A stretch of 64,000 nt of DNA, from NCBI GenBank assembly GCA_900541055.1, contig UQHZ01000005.1, positions 50,504 to 114,503 on the forward strand, given 5' to 3'. Below are positions 63,841 through 64,000 of this stretch, piece after piece. The notes beneath the pieces are model-generated. The model was not told the DNA's origin. It did no database searches and saw only the letters and a list, made by a program, of their open reading frames with translations. Position numbers and translations under genes: made by a program. Positions within the stretch are counted from its first letter, which is position 1. Each line of letters starts with the position of its first letter. The DNA is from an uncultured Collinsella sp. (GTDB lineage Bacteria > Actinomycetota > Coriobacteriia > Coriobacteriales > Coriobacteriaceae).

Positions 63841-64000
63841 ATGCGCACGATAGCCATTTCCAACTACAAGGGCGGCGTCGGCAAGACGACTACCGCCGTC
63901 AACCTGGCGGCCATCTTCGCCGCCCGGGGCCTCCGGACCCTGCTCGTCGACCTCGACCCGCAGGCGTCGGCCACCGACTTCTTCGGCCTCTACGACCGGG
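63841..64000 (+). CDS. parA: ParA-family partition ATPase, N-terminal part (runs off the window)
   Basis: [24 protein letters not shown] deviant Walker A motif. Confidence 0.85.
   Translation, partial: MRTIAISNYKGGVGKTTTAVNLAAIFAARGLRTLLVDLDPQASATDFFGLYDR

Larger units (their letters stand above)
45890..64000. mobile_element. integrated mobile element (integrative/mobilisable type) downstream of guaA; its right end lies outside the window
   Basis: In order after the guaA terminator: a repeated-site array, XRE repressor, excisionase-like HTH, tyrosine integrase, mobC, a defence island, tet(W), and parA at the window edge. The exact left junction was not determined. Confidence 0.7.

Overview
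This is a high-GC Gram-positive chromosome segment. Gene content and protein signatures suggest an anaerobic Actinomycetota (Coriobacteriia-like) gut bacterium, but the taxon is a guess made without any search. Positions 1 to about 45,800 are core chromosome: a GH13 fragment, a UDG-family glycosylase, an aminotransferase, rplJ-rplL, galU, rpoB-rpoC, a UPF0210 protein, a split metH / activation-domain / metF operon, type III glutamine synthetase, tRNA-Glu, a fused murT-gatD gene, two alcohol/glycerol dehydrogenases, a glvA-type PTS alpha-glucoside locus, ychF, asparaginase and guaA. The core is interrupted by several small palindromic or TIR-bounded repeats. It also carries a visibly AT-richer ECF sigma/anti-sigma cassette, bounded by repeats, immediately after rpoC. 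From about 45,890 to the right edge lies the left part of an integrated mobile element inserted just downstream of guaA. It starts with a seven-copy GGGAGTAA site array, then XRE repressor, excisionase-like HTH, tyrosine integrase and an orphan mobC. Its cargo is a dense defence island on the minus strand: a GmrSD-type DUF262/DUF1524 nuclease, and a tightly coupled operon of RHH, SNF2 helicase, DUF4391, methyltransferase, Type III Res-like protein and DUF4238. I could not place the SNF2-DUF4391-MTase-Res-DUF4238 combination in any mechanistically characterised system, so it is the best candidate here for an undescribed defence system. In this copy, a 2.8 kb low-GC tet(W) cassette has replaced the 5' part of the methyltransferase and the 3' tip of the DUF4391 gene. 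A YraN-like gene and parA follow at the right edge. No CRISPR array or rRNA gene was seen. Many very long ORFs in the track are GC-driven antisense artefacts. All family names come from motif recognition by eye, not from database searches.
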